This document shows positions 1 through 11,851 of a stretch of DNA of 64,000 bases, one piece after another. Position numbers and translations under genes: made by a program. The DNA lies in assembly GCF_041956535.1 (NCBI RefSeq), contig NW_027192233.1, positions 1 through 64,000 on the forward strand, given 5' to 3'. The notes under the pieces are model-generated. The model was not told the origin of the DNA and ran no database searches. It was given only the letters and a program-made list of their open reading frames with translations. Position 1 is the stretch's first letter. Each line of letters begins with the position of its first letter. The DNA is from Calcarisporiella thermophila CBS 279.70 (Eukaryota; Fungi; Calcarisporiellomycota).

Positions 1-47
1 TTTTTGAAAAAAAATCGAATCGGATATTTTTTCCCTATGAACCTTAA

Positions 48-1415
48 GGGCATGCGAAACCACTCCTTTCTTCGCTCTTCCGACATCATGCGAGCCAGGC
101 TGGATTCCGAAGAGGGTTCTCTACGCTAACCCATGCTCTGGCGTCGCATGAGTGCAGTGCTTTAGATAAGAGAATCAAGATATTCATTGATCTGAAGCAG
201 GCGTACGACCGGGTAAAAATCCAGCTGCTACTAAGAAAGCTGCTAGAAAAGACCGGGAGCCTGCCGATCGTGGTGAAGTTTACCCAAGCGTTGTTTACCG
301 ACTGTGCATCGCGGCCAGTGGTAAACGGAGTCATGTTGGAGCCGATTCGGCACGAGAGAGGTCTACTGCAGGGATCGTTGCTTTCGCCTTGGCTATTCGA
401 CGTCTATATAGACGATCTAGCAGAATGCCTGAATAACCAAGCGTCTCGAGACATGCCAAGAGCTCTTTTTTTCGCAGACGACATTCAGCTCCAGGTGGAG
501 ACACCGGAAGAGGCGCAAGAGACGTTACAAGTGCTCTCCGACTGAATTCGCGAAAATGGGATGGAAGCCAACATCAAGAAGAGTGCGGTTGTAGGGGCGA
601 CACCGGACCAAGTTTTCCTTCTAGCCGGAAAAGCCCTCCCGCATGTCCCTTCGTACAAATACTTAGGGTTCCCTCATCAAGCCAACGGAATTAATTGGGC
701 CGAGCATATTGACTCCAACTTGACTAAGGCCGAGGGTCTTCTTCGATTCTTTGAACGGGCAGGGCGAGGCTGGCCACCATGGATCCGGTTCACGCTCACA
801 AAAGCATTCCTTAGACCGGTTCTGGAATATGGGGCCCCTTTGCTTCATCCGTGGCTCCACGAATGTGGGCCCGAAAGAGAGAGGGAAGAAGCAAGAACCA
901 AATTTGAGAAAGTGCACCCATGAATCGTCCAGTGGATCTTCTTTAGAAGCCAGGAAGAGAACAAGAAGCTAGTGGTTTTGGAGTCGCTCTCTGGGCTAGG
1001 GGGGATACTGCAAAGATTCTCCGATCTTGCCTGCCGCTTCACGTTTTATCTAGACAAGATGGACCCATCAAACACAGCCAGACACCTCCTCACGACCTGG
1101 TTCAGCTCTTATCCGTGGCCTAGTCTACACATTCTTCTTAGATGCGTGTCGCATCCGTTACGCGTTCAATATAATGCGTTAACGCCCCAAGAAAGACGGA
1201 CGCTGCCACTCTCCGTGTTCCTCCTGAAAAACCGACTTTCCGAACTCTCTTCACGATCTGTACTCTGTCGATACATTTCCGAAGAGTGCAGGCAACCCCG
1301 AAGTGGATATGACCGATTTCTCACCCACTCCGATTCGCAGATAAGAATCTGGGAATTTCCTAAGTCCTTATCTTTATTTCGCCCTTTACGATTTCCCGCT
1401 TTACTTACCTTGTAG
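48..1415 (+). mobile_element. Degenerate, 5'-truncated non-LTR retrotransposon (LINE) reverse transcriptase
   Basis: ORFs 270-545, 561-923 and 972-1415 share one frame, open from nt 48, broken by TGA at 543-545 and 921-923. RT motifs in order: QAGFRRGFST, IDLKQAYDRV, GLLQGSLLSP, LFFADD, YKYLG, RPVLEYG. AATAAA near 1444. Confidence 0.93.
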
Positions 1416-2129
1416 ATTATCACTCTTCTTTACATTAGAAGTCAATAAAAGAACCGTGGACCCCCCCTAACTACTGTGTGAAAAGCCTAAAAGATTGAGG
1501 GGTTGAGTTAAGAGACAAGCTACAAACGGTGAGAAGATCAGACAGAATCGCAGTAAGCCTTACTCTCAATATGGTACTCTGCTATTCTGCTGTTATCATA
1601 ATGACGACATTACATATAGTAGTGCGATTTTCACTTTCTCAAATACCGGAAATGCCATAATTTCTCATTAATCTTGTATTTTTTTTTTTAAAATCTAATG
1701 AAATACCACCTCGAACAAATAATGGGGCAATTGCTGATGAACAACCCGATGAGACGCCGACAGTGGATAGGTGCCAGGATTTTATTTTGAACTTAAATTT
1801 TGACTAGTTTGTTCGTAAGGGTTAAATCCTTGTTTATTGTTTTTCTTGTTATTATTCAAATAGTTCAGTTATTTGTCTTCTGATCCTTACTCCTATTTTC
1901 TCTTTTTATTTTTACTATTATTTTACTATAGGAGTCCGAAAGTCGCAAACTACTTTCGTTACACATGTAGATGGGATGATCAAGGGTATTTATAATTGCT
2001 GTAGGTAACGCAACTTGTAGTACCTCCATTTGGAGATATAAGGCTAAATAATGAGAAATTAAAAAAACATGAACTCAAAAAGTTAGCCGAGTGTACGTAC
2101 AGTACATTACAAGGGTAAGAAAATCAAGC

Positions 2130-2169
2130 AAGCTATTAATCACGTAAGCTATTAATCAAGTAAGCTATT
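2130..2169. repeat. 16-bp tandem repeat, about 2.5 copies
   Basis: aagctattaatcacgt / aagctattaatcaagt / aagctatt. Confidence 0.8.
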
Positions 2170-2247
2170 CTTAAAATAAACGCCTACCATTTCGAATGCA
2201 CTCGAGCATCACCCGAGACAATCATCCTCCGTGCCAAAATGGACATC

Positions 2248-2549
2248 NNNNNNNNNNNNNNNNNNNNNNNNNNNNNNNNNNNNNNNNNNNNNNNNNNNNN
2301 NNNNNNNNNNNNNNNNNNNNNNNNNNNNNNNNNNNNNNNNNNNNNNNNNNNNNNNNNNNNNNNNNNNNNNNNNNNNNNNNNNNNNNNNNNNNNNNNNNNN
2401 NNNNNNNNNNNNNNNNNNNNNNNNNNNNNNNNNNNNNNNNNNNNNNNNNNNNNNNNNNNNNNNNNNNNNNNNNNNNNNNNNNNNNNNNNNNNNNNNNNNN
2501 NNNNNNNNNNNNNNNNNNNNNNNNNNNNNNNNNNNNNNNNNNNNNNNNN
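2248..2549. other. Assembly gap (N run)
   Basis: Run of N. Confidence 1.
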
Positions 2550-2870
2550 GAGGAGGCTATCGGAGGTGAACTGATAAAGGCACGTAAAAGACGAGAGATA
2601 GAGTTATTCCGAAGAAGGTGGTGCACTCAGGGAGCGGTAATAGAAAGTTCGGATAGAGCAAGACTAAAACTGGAGTGACGAAGCAACCCTTCCTCTCTCC
2701 CAATCCGCTCTTTCCCTCCTCCCCTCCTCCCCTCCTATTTACTTCATACCTTTCACCAAATACCCTATCTGTAAGAGGATACGTTCCATTATGGATATGC
2801 TCATAGCCCCACGACGATCTTTATGCAACACTATTTATGCCTTCACTGTTTCTTACTCTTTTGTTTCATA

Positions 2871-2916
2871 GCCACCTAGCTAAGCCATTAGCCACTTAAC
2901 CAAGCCATTAGCCACT
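2871..2916. repeat. 20-bp tandem repeat in the retroelement 3' UTR
   Basis: gccacctagctaagccatta / gccacttaaccaagccatta / gccact. Confidence 0.7.
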
Positions 2917-4693
2917 GCATTATTCTTTTAACTTTTTAGCTTATAAAAATGTACTATTTTCCTTAGTTAATTTTAATAACAATAACCATAGTTTTTCCCT
3001 CCTTAATTTTCCACTGAACACTGACACATCGACTCCAGTTACACTATCACTATATACATCTAATGTACCCTTTATTCCTCCCTTTTTCTTATTTCATTGT
3101 AATCATTAAACTCTTGTAAGCTACGGAAACTAATAAAAGTCTCCGTTGATTGATCAAAAAAAAAATTCTTAAAATAAACTATCGTATTGTTACACTCAGC
3201 CTTTCTTCGCTCCCAAACATAATCATTATAATTTCTTAACACTTAAGACCTGGAAATTCATTCTAGACTAAACATTTAATTAATTTTATTAAACTAATTA
3301 TCGATCTTTGTTTATCATTCCTTGTCCATTTGCCCATTTTATCCATTATTCTAATTGAATTAAGATTTTTCATTTATTCAATAAGAATCCGAATCATTAA
3401 CTCTCTCAGAACCGTTACACATAAGAATTTGCCCCACGAAAAGTTGTTAGATATAGAAAGCGGACCCCAAACCAAGCTATCCCAATTTAGACTTGCTGAT
3501 TTCGAAATTTGGGTTAGAAATTTCTCTTTCTCATTACACCCCAAAAATGTTGTAGATTTAACTGCCTGGTGGGTATTACATGGACAGAGCCTCTTCGACG
3601 GCTGTACAATAATCGGAGGTCGATAACCACTGAAAACTGGATCAAACAATACGCATTTTAAAGCCATGCTCGACCGAATTGTTCCATCACCCTCACCTGC
3701 TCCGGCTTTGCAGTACGCGAAATTGAACGCCGCTCGATGTAAGCCATTTAAAAATATTAGCATGGTAATTTTTTTTTCGAAGATGAGCGCTTGTTCTAGA
3801 AGAAGGAAAAAAGACTGCCAAGTCGTAGAAGGTTGATTACAAGAGAGAAATTTAAGGGTTGTTCAGTGGAACAGTGGAACTAGCAAAATAAATACTTGAT
3901 AGTATATAATTATGTTTCATGAGAATAGCCATTATTTCTGTAGTCAAGGGCAACTCTGGCGTTGCGACGGGCAATCATCAGGAAATCACTATTCTTCTTG
4001 GCCATGAGCGGATGGTAAACGGATGTAGCAGATCTCCAAAGTGTAAACCAATAGATCCATACAAGAGTAGGCAACATCTAGCTCTAGGCAGAATCTTGAC
4101 TAGTGTTTTTCACATGATATCGTGGTTGACGAGTAAAATTCTTGCCTGGCATAGGTTCTAACCGAGATCCAATGTAACTATGAGGCATCGTAGGGAGCTC
4201 CGACACCATAACTTTCGGATTTTTGAAAGAAAAAGCATTTGGTCTGCCTTTTCACTGGTTTCAAATCCAAGAATAGTCTTTGGGTGAACAAAATTGGATG
4301 GGTCTGTGTACAAGAGTATAAGACCACCGAAATCTCATGACATCATCTACCAATTCCATCGAAACTTCTCGATTCCATGGAGAATTCCCGGGCTTGCTTT
4401 CATCAGCATGGAGACACCAGTCAGATGTAGATTCAATTTTCGTGGCATACTAAGAATCTATCAGGCGGATTCCACCCTCGTGGAGATTAGTTATCCTATA
4501 TGGCAACTGACATACTTTTTAAAGCCATCTCATTCTACCTTCAAGATATAAATTCGCGTATATTTCAAAGAACAGGGACACTACACTTGCAGGAAGTAAC
4601 AACCTTGCTCATCTTCTTACATATCCTCTTCCAATCTCTTGATATATCCCCACGTTGGCAAGAGTAAATAACAATAACTTCACTTCGAACACT

Positions 4694-5614
4694 ATGATTC
4701 AAATACGTTTACTGCTATTGTGCATTATCGTGAGCTTGCTTCCAAATCTCACTTATGGGAGGATCAATTCCCAGTTTTTAGGTAGTTTTAGCAATCCAGC
4801 AGCCAATCTCATCAGAGTTGTGAAACGAGGACAGCATCCTGAATGTTGGGAGGTAAAGTGGCCTCGGCGCTCCATGGATTTCAACATAAAGAAGGGGGTT
4901 ATTGTTGGCCTTATTGCACCTGCGTTAGATGCGGCATTTAGTGGTATTGACTTTGCCATGGATTGTATCATACTCACTAAGGAAGAGATGGGATGCACTA
5001 GAAAGATACCAACAGCTTGGGAGGGCGATCGATGCACAGCTGGGGTAACGCCTCTTGCGAGTATCAATGTTACCGACAGTGATATCGAAACCAAGATGGG
5101 AAACAAATTAAAGGTCGAAGGTTCTAAAAAGACGCTTGAGTTAAGTGAAGACGATATAAAGAACGGGCTCAATACAACTGGAGAAGCAACCTATGATTTT
5201 GATGCAGATATGAACAATTCATCCAAATATTCCTTAACTGCAACTTGGTCTCAACAACTTAATAACACCGTATCGGAGTTCAGAAACTTCATAGAGGATT
5301 GTCGAAAAGGCCCTATCTCCCTGCAAACTTGTACAATCGGATTCTACTTTGCCATGAAACAGAGAAATAGGCCCGTGAGAACCTGCGAGCTATTACAATA
5401 TACAAACGAAACTAATGTAAACAAGGAGAGGGCAGCATGTGGAGACAATGTAACCGTACAACGATATTTCGATAGATGCATTAATGGAAGATGTGTGTCA
5501 AGCGATATTAACGTGATGAATGGTCGATATGATTGTAAGAATGGTCAGGGCAGCGAATGTTGGCGGGTGCTCAATGAGAGGGGGCTTATAAGTGGACTTT
5601 CTGGGCTTGAATGA
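4694..5614 (+). CDS. Secreted cysteine-rich protein of unknown function (306 aa, intronless)
   Basis: ATG at 4694 gives the signal-peptide-like MIQIRLLLLCIIVSLLPNLTYG. Dibasic VVKR site, 12 Cys after the signal, several N-x-S/T sequons, TATAAA at 4547-4552. A long open frame in AT-rich DNA. Confidence 0.8.
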   Translation: MIQIRLLLLCIIVSLLPNLTYGRINSQFLGSFSNPAANLIRVVKRGQHPECWEVKWPRRSMDFNIKKGVIVGLIAPALDAAFSGIDFAMDCIILTKEEMGCTRKIPTAWEGDRCTAGVTPLASINVTDSDIETKMGNKLKVEGSKKTLELSEDDIKNGLNTTGEATYDFDADMNNSSKYSLTATWSQQLNNTVSEFRNFIEDCRKGPISLQTCTIGFYFAMKQRNRPVRTCELLQYTNETNVNKERAACGDNVTVQRYFDRCINGRCVSSDINVMNGRYDCKNGQGSECWRVLNERGLISGLSGLE

Positions 5615-5827
5615 TATAGACATAACCTTTATTATTCATGATAAACTTGAACATAAACCTATCAATTAGCAAATAACATATAGGCATCATAGGTTAAATA
5701 CTATACATTGTTTAGAAGAGAGAGTATTTATAATATAGAGTATTTATATAATAGCAATTTAAAACACATTTTTAAATCTGTTCATAAGTGACTTATGTAG
5801 TAATAATACGAATAAAATGCGGCCTAC

Positions 5828-6929
5828 GTCAGTAGCCCATGCTTCACGATAACGAGGTCGTTTTATTGATCAAAATGAACTACCTCCAGAGAACATTGCA
5901 TAGAAATTCAAATATATTTAAAGAAATTTAAAGAAATCTGAGGATAAGGACAAGTCTATATATGCTGTCGTTTTTCAAGTGCAACTCCTTAGCCGTTATT
6001 GAGATGGCTTAATTCTGTTCAAGAAAAACTGCCCTAGCCCACACAAGCAATTGAGCTGCGCACGGGTACAGAAAGATCGCTCATGGCACTACCCTCTCCA
6101 GTGCTTTTCCGCAAGAGTCGTCGATGGACACCAGCAGACGATATAACAGACACGATTGGGCACAAAATACCTAATACCTCACGCCAAGAGAAACCACAAC
6201 AAACCATGGCAACTGACCAAGCCAGATCACAGTAATCTCAAATCACATCGTCGAACAGAGCAAAAAATGGAAAAAGGCGAGCGGAGCAAAACAGCCATCC
6301 CTGTCCAATGTTTGGCTCACAATACAAGCCCGCGACAAGTAGCGCCATGCGTAACAGCCAGGGGGATTGTTGAGAAAATTTAGAAGCACGCGTTGAGGAA
6401 TTCCTGCCCCTTTATGGATACCCAAAAATCATAAGAATAGGCTACAAGATACAATTCTGGAAACAACCGCAGTTCAATCACTTCTCTCCGCATAAGAGAC
6501 TCCCAGTCGACCACCAGAGCGTGAAGGCCATTTCTGAAATTAGGCTCTTCAAGCTCGGAGTAATTAACCCTCGGCAACTTGCTGCATTCCTGGGAGCTAT
6601 GAATGCAGCCTGCCTGCGGTCGTGCCGGGAAGGTTATTCGCTCACTCACTAATGATAGTAATATCCTCACCCTCCCCTCTAACTCCAACTGGGATACCCC
6701 GTTCTCGATACCGGGGTAAGCGTTGCAAAAGAGTTTAGAGTTAACCCTTCTTCTTGAGAGGGCCAAGTAGTTACACCTAGGAAACGACAATTTTGTATAG
6801 TCTTAATTTTATCTTCGGATTTTTTTAAATTTCTTAAAATTATTTGATTTTCTATGTAATATTCTCTGGAAATAGCTCATTTTGACCCAATAAAACGGCC
6901 GTATCATCGTGAAGCATGGACTGTTGGTC
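5828..6929. mobile_element. Non-autonomous DNA transposon with ~165-bp imperfect terminal inverted repeats (Mutator-like architecture)
   Basis: 5828-5994 aligns with the reverse complement of 6761-6929 (ccatgcttcacgat...cgttttattg..tcaaaatga..ccagagaa...aagaaatttaaa...tgtcgttt). gcctac flanks both ends (5822-5827, 6930-6935). No transposase recognised inside. Confidence 0.85.
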
Positions 6930-8156
6930 GCCTACTCTATTTATACTAAGCCGTCACATACACTAGGCTTAGTGTTAAAGAAAAGGCCAATAATAGTCGA
7001 AGTTGAAGAAAATAATATCCATTAGTTTATAATGCCCTACCAGCATTAATAAGTAAGATAGTCACAATAATAATTTAATAAATAGTTAAATATTAAAAAT
7101 TCACACGACATAAATAAATTTAGTGTGTTCTGAGCCACAAATGTCTCCATATCAATTGATTACGACATTGAGAAATATAGCGTAATCTGTGTCAAATATA
7201 AGCAACTCTCAATATATCGTACCAAGAAATTTCTCAACCCCGTTATTCAAGGTAACTTCTTTTTGGACTCAGTCCCGTTTTGTCCAATTAATGGCCTTTT
7301 TATCTCAACCCACTTTCTTTGCATATTCTAGACTTTATTCTGAATGAAACCGTACCAATAAGGGCCTTTTCTCAATTTAAATGATTTCAAAGGGTAAGCA
7401 TATTAATATAATATCAATCTAGACGCTCAAAATTTTGTGGAATGGTACCATTTCCTCAGTAACCATTCATATTAAAATTTATTATCAGTTAACATAGTAT
7501 TCAATTAATATGGGTTAATAACCTGATATATCCAAATTGAAGACCAGTTTCTTAAAAAATAAAATTCAAAAAGGGCATGTTTTTATCAGATGCACAAAAT
7601 ACTTCAACTTTTTAACCTGATGGATAGTAGAAAAAGTTGTTAATAAAATTAGTTTTTGGATTTATGAAAGACATTGATCACAGGTGATGATTGGTTTACA
7701 AGAATGATTATATAATGAATAGACACCACTAAAGGTAGCGGATATGGGTCACAAAATAGAAATCCCTTAGAGAAAATCCGAGAGGTAAAAAGTAGGGTCT
7801 TTGGCGGGTATCCCAACTTGCCCAAGTGGTATCAAAATTTTATGGCAGGAGCCATAGCTGGGTGGCCATTAAGAAATTTCCATGTGATGGAAAAGTGGTG
7901 ATAATTGGATAGGTTTTTGAATAACCTATCACATAAGATGGGCCAAATTTTGTGTGGCGCGTTAGGTTACTCTATGGTGGTTACAATGGAAAATTGTAGG
8001 GAAATCTGTTCAAGGACAAAACAAGTTATACTTATTGCAAATAAACCAATCAATAACACAGAATTTCAACAATGTTTTGTATATATAGGGGCAATGAATC
8101 AAAAATTATACTGCACACTTTCCTTTAATTTCAAAAACTTAGATATTGTGTTGAGA

Positions 8157-9370
8157 ATGCGTTTGATCATCGCTTTCCTTTTGACTCTTCCCTTTGCACT
8201 CGCACAACCACCACCTCTCAATCCGCCCAGGAACATTTCGAATGGGAAATTTTCCAAATTAAACCAACAGCAGCCCAACACTACCAAGCCAAGCATATCT
8301 AGAACTGCCTTTGAAGAGGTCGATGTAAAAAGGTAAAGTCCTATTTTACCTCAGTTGACAAACTTAGTATGGAAAATACTTAAGTAATTTATAAAATTGT
8401 TTAAAATAGTGGGAACGCGACACAAACAACTGGGCAGGAGCCCGCTATGGTAACAAAGATTGATGGCCCGATAATCGCTCAGGAAAAAGTTTCAGAAATG
8501 GAAACAAAAATACGCTCAAGTGGCTCGAGAAGTGGGCGAGGCATATCTTTTGGCGATAAATCGTTCCCCGAACCGAATTGTAAAAATTTATTGAACTCTG
8601 ACGGCAGCTTCAACATCCCGAAATTTAATATCAACCAAGATTACGGAGAAAAATTGAGATGCTATGCGATTTTATCATACTGTGCGAACTCACCAAATCC
8701 TAAGATTGCTGAGCAGTTAAACAATGCAGGGGGATTCTTTCAATCGTATATATCAGCCAATACAAAAGCATTTATGGCCAAAGCTAAAGACAGTATAATA
8801 ATCTCGTTTGCGGGTACAGATGATTTGAAAGATATCATGGACGACGTGCGCGCAGGACATTATGTATTTGCGGACGGTGTTCGAATTTCGCAAGGATTCT
8901 ACGACTATGTGAACAGAGTATATGGGAAAATGATCCAGGATTTATCAAATTTGGTTCAACGTGATAAGCCAAGTAGAGTTATACTTACTGGACACAGTTT
9001 AGGTGGGGCCGCCGCACAGATAGCAGCTCGCAGAATAAGCTTCGAACCACGAATTAATGGTGTATCGCTAGAAGTAGCAACGTTTGGCCAACCTGCCGCA
9101 GGGAACTTACAATTTGCACAAAATATCGAGAAAATAACCAATGGAAAAAACGTACGATATATAAATAGCAGGGATCCCATTTCATCAGGTTTTCTAAACT
9201 ATGCAGATATACGGATTTTTGGTTGCCTAGAATCTTCCGAAAAATGCACCTGGAAACACACCAGCAAATCATTTCGAGCAGATGATGGCACTGAGTCTTA
9301 TGGTGTTAATATTTTCAAACCTCATAGTGTATTTTTTAAAACTAGAAACCCAGAATGCAGCTCATTCTAA
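8157..9370 (+). CDS. Secreted class 3 lipase (alpha/beta hydrolase), 2 exons (8157-8332, 8410-9370)
   Basis: Signal peptide MRLIIAFLLTLPFALA. GT-AG intron 8333-8409 joins in frame. Motifs ISFAGT, LTGHSLGGA nucleophile elbow, TFGQP, RDPI and a C-terminal His (KPHSVF). TATA-like box 8080-8088. Confidence 0.92.
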
Positions 9371-9507
9371 TTTGATAGACATATTAACTTATACTGCTTA
9401 TATCATTATTTACTTTCCATATCAAATAAATTTGAAATTTAAAATATTGCTGTGAATTTGAAGATTATCTTTTGAGCTGCTATTGGTCACATTTAGTTCA
9501 TCGGTTA

Positions 9508-9690
9508 TTACACACAACAATGCTTTTTGTTTTGCTTTATCACACGAAACAATTCACGATATTGCTGATCTATCATAATCCGAGGTCTCCCTAAGGATTT
9601 CACTGGATCTACGGATCCAGTATTCTTCCATCGATTGATTATTCTATGTTGGAGAACGACCAGGCATGATCTAAGTCTGAATAGTCGTTG
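9508..9690 (-). mobile_element. Tc1/mariner transposase N-terminal (HTH) relic
   Basis: RIINRWKNTGSVDPVKSLGRPRIMIDQQYRELFRVIKQN contains the GRPR linker typical of Tc1 DNA-binding domains. Confidence 0.65.
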
Positions 9691-10289
9691 TGTTACGACG
9701 ATTATTTCATACTTATACAAATATGTATAAGCATGTATCTTATCATCATTATTAGTCATCATCACCTATTCTATCATATATATAGGATGTGCTTTCTCTC
9801 TTTTGAATTCCCTTTTGGTGTGTGTTATTTGTGTTATCCCTTCTATCTGTCTTCTTTCCTTTTATTAATATACTCTTAATAAGATCCAACATTCTACCCT
9901 CTGTTCATGCCAGAACACCAGACAATTCGTTGGTGCTTTTATTGTACTTGCTGTATATACTCCGATTTTTTCAGAACGAAGAGTATCTGAAATTTTGTAC
10001 TGTTTTTTTCAGACACATACAGGAAATTAGAGTATGATTTTTCGATTTTCTTGTGATCGCTGATGGAAAAAATGAATTGTAGCACTGAATAGTAATTTCG
10101 AGATTGGTCAAATTAATAATTATATCATTCATTTTGTCAGTATATTGCAAATCTTTACTCTAAACCCCAATTCTAAGCCCAAATTGAAGCCCCAAATTAA
10201 TGCCTCATCTACAACAGTTATATTTGTTATATGTGGCATTATGAATTATAATAAAATTAGCCTTAACTTTCGCCTCGTAGGTAATAACA

Positions 10290-11851
10290 AGATTGCAATC
10301 AGACGTCGAGAGACCAGCTTGGCCAGAGTCACAACCTCCGCAGCTAATCCAGATCCTCCATGCTTTGAGACAATGCCAGCTGAGATCCTGCTTTTGTGCC
10401 GACAAATATGCGTGCCATCTCCTCAGGGATCCAGCGCTCCCATAGGTTGCCAATGATTGCGGGATCGGACTTTAAATAGGTCGTTGTCGAGTATATCGCG
10501 CCAATCATCTTGTGTTGATCGTGAAAAAAACTTATTGCTGCCCGGATAACCAAGGGTTCATCAATGAAGGCCGCTAAACCAGAATACGGGCTCGAAGTCA
10601 TGAAGGCTTCGGCTCTACCTGGAACTCCTTGCTGCTCTTGTCGAAGAAAACTATCACTCGAAATTTCGCCTGACATTGCACTCTCTAGCCGCGGGCGCTC
10701 GCATGAGTCAATAGTAGACAGAAGTTCATAACAGGTACGCATTTTCCTGCAACCAGAAGGGCCAAGTGAAACCTTAATATTCGACGATTGACTTGCCCCA
10801 TTCCTTGAAAAATTTCGCCAAGGTGCGTCAAAGCGTCAAGGCTATCTCTGAATTCAGGTAGCGAGTGCAAAAGCAGAGATGGACACTGAGACCACATCAT
10901 AGGAATGTGGACATCAGGTTTAATGAGCGAAGCATTTCCGCCTGAAGATCGATGGTAATATAGTAAATCCAGATTTGCTGCAAGGTAGCTATCGAGGAAT
11001 TCTCCATAAAACCCAGCAAAAAATTTATCAGTAAAAAGCTTTAGGGAATCTGATATTATAGAAATAATCTAGAATAATTAGACTTTAGATTTATAGAGCA
11101 ATTTAATTGCAATTTTCCACCTGGTTCGAATGTACAAGATAATCTCCTTGGAGTGAGGGGAGCTAGAATAGACTGCGTAATTGTAAAAGGAATTAACAGG
11201 GTAGGTTGGACTGCTCTAGGCCCTTTAGAGCGGATGAATGATCTATGGTGTACATCAGCAGTGTTCGCAAAGATTTTTTACTGAAACTCAATGTGTAGCC
11301 GGGGAAATAATTATTCATAAACAATTAATACTGACATAAATAACAAAAACACATTTCACCACCACTAACATACTTTTACCCTGTCCATTAATGTGGGCTT
11401 TCTTTTGAGTATTTGATGCAGAAATCGAGGATTCCATTCCTCAAGTATTTCGCACATCAGTCCCTGATGCAAGAGTCATTGAATAGAAATTTATTGATTA
11501 ATTTGCAAAGTTAATAAACTATAAAGAAAAATTGTATACCTTCGGGAATGTCAATCAACACACGTATAACCTTCTTTCAAGACTCTTCTGGAAAATATTC
11601 ACAGCTTTTGTCTAGTAGCTGGAGTCTTTGTTTGCATATATTTTCCATGTCGTCAGGAAATCTCTAGAGATCTTTGAAGGATACATCGAACTTTCAGAGA
11701 ATTATATTAGAAGGATCATTGCAACCTTATTGGCAGACATTCTTCTCTATAATTTTCCTCTCGAGGACTTCAACATTATCCGAACATCAATCTCGACCGA
11801 AAAAGCGTCAGGAAATTTACTCGCATTATTGATCAAGCAATTAAGCCGCAT
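10290..11851 (-). pseudogene. Crinkler (CRN)-like effector pseudogene with degenerate P-loop region
   Basis: Minus strand reads MRLNCLINNASKFPDAFSVEID, then after a frameshift NVEVLERKIIEKN...IIL*KFDV...VIRVLIDIPE followed by a GT donor. This resembles the CRN N-domain (LWK and HVLVxxP-like motifs). Downstream are LGPSGCRKMRTCYELL (decayed Walker A), IDEPLVIRAA and GNLWE. Many stops and frameshifts; right-hand (3') limit approximate. Confidence 0.75.

Larger units (their letters stand above)
2182..3165 (+). mobile_element. 5'-truncated non-LTR retroelement insertion (ORF2 C-terminus, 3' UTR, poly(A)) with 15-bp target-site duplication
   Basis: attcttaaaataaac occurs at 2167-2181 and 3165-3179. 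A10 tail at 3156-3165, AATAAA at 3132-3137. Coding tail ...ELFRRRWCTQGA...LE* ends at 2678, followed by a pyrimidine-rich UTR. Confidence 0.85.

Noticed and set aside
543-923. In-frame TGA as selenocysteine or programmed readthrough
   Set aside because: They fall in a truncated retroelement at non-Cys positions; decay is simpler
2196-2678. ORFs spanning the first N gap
   Set aside because: Artefacts of N translation; only the flanking codons are informative
3330-4551. Short ORFs upstream of the Cys-rich gene
   Set aside because: No recognisable motifs in any frame; probably promoter DNA and repeat debris
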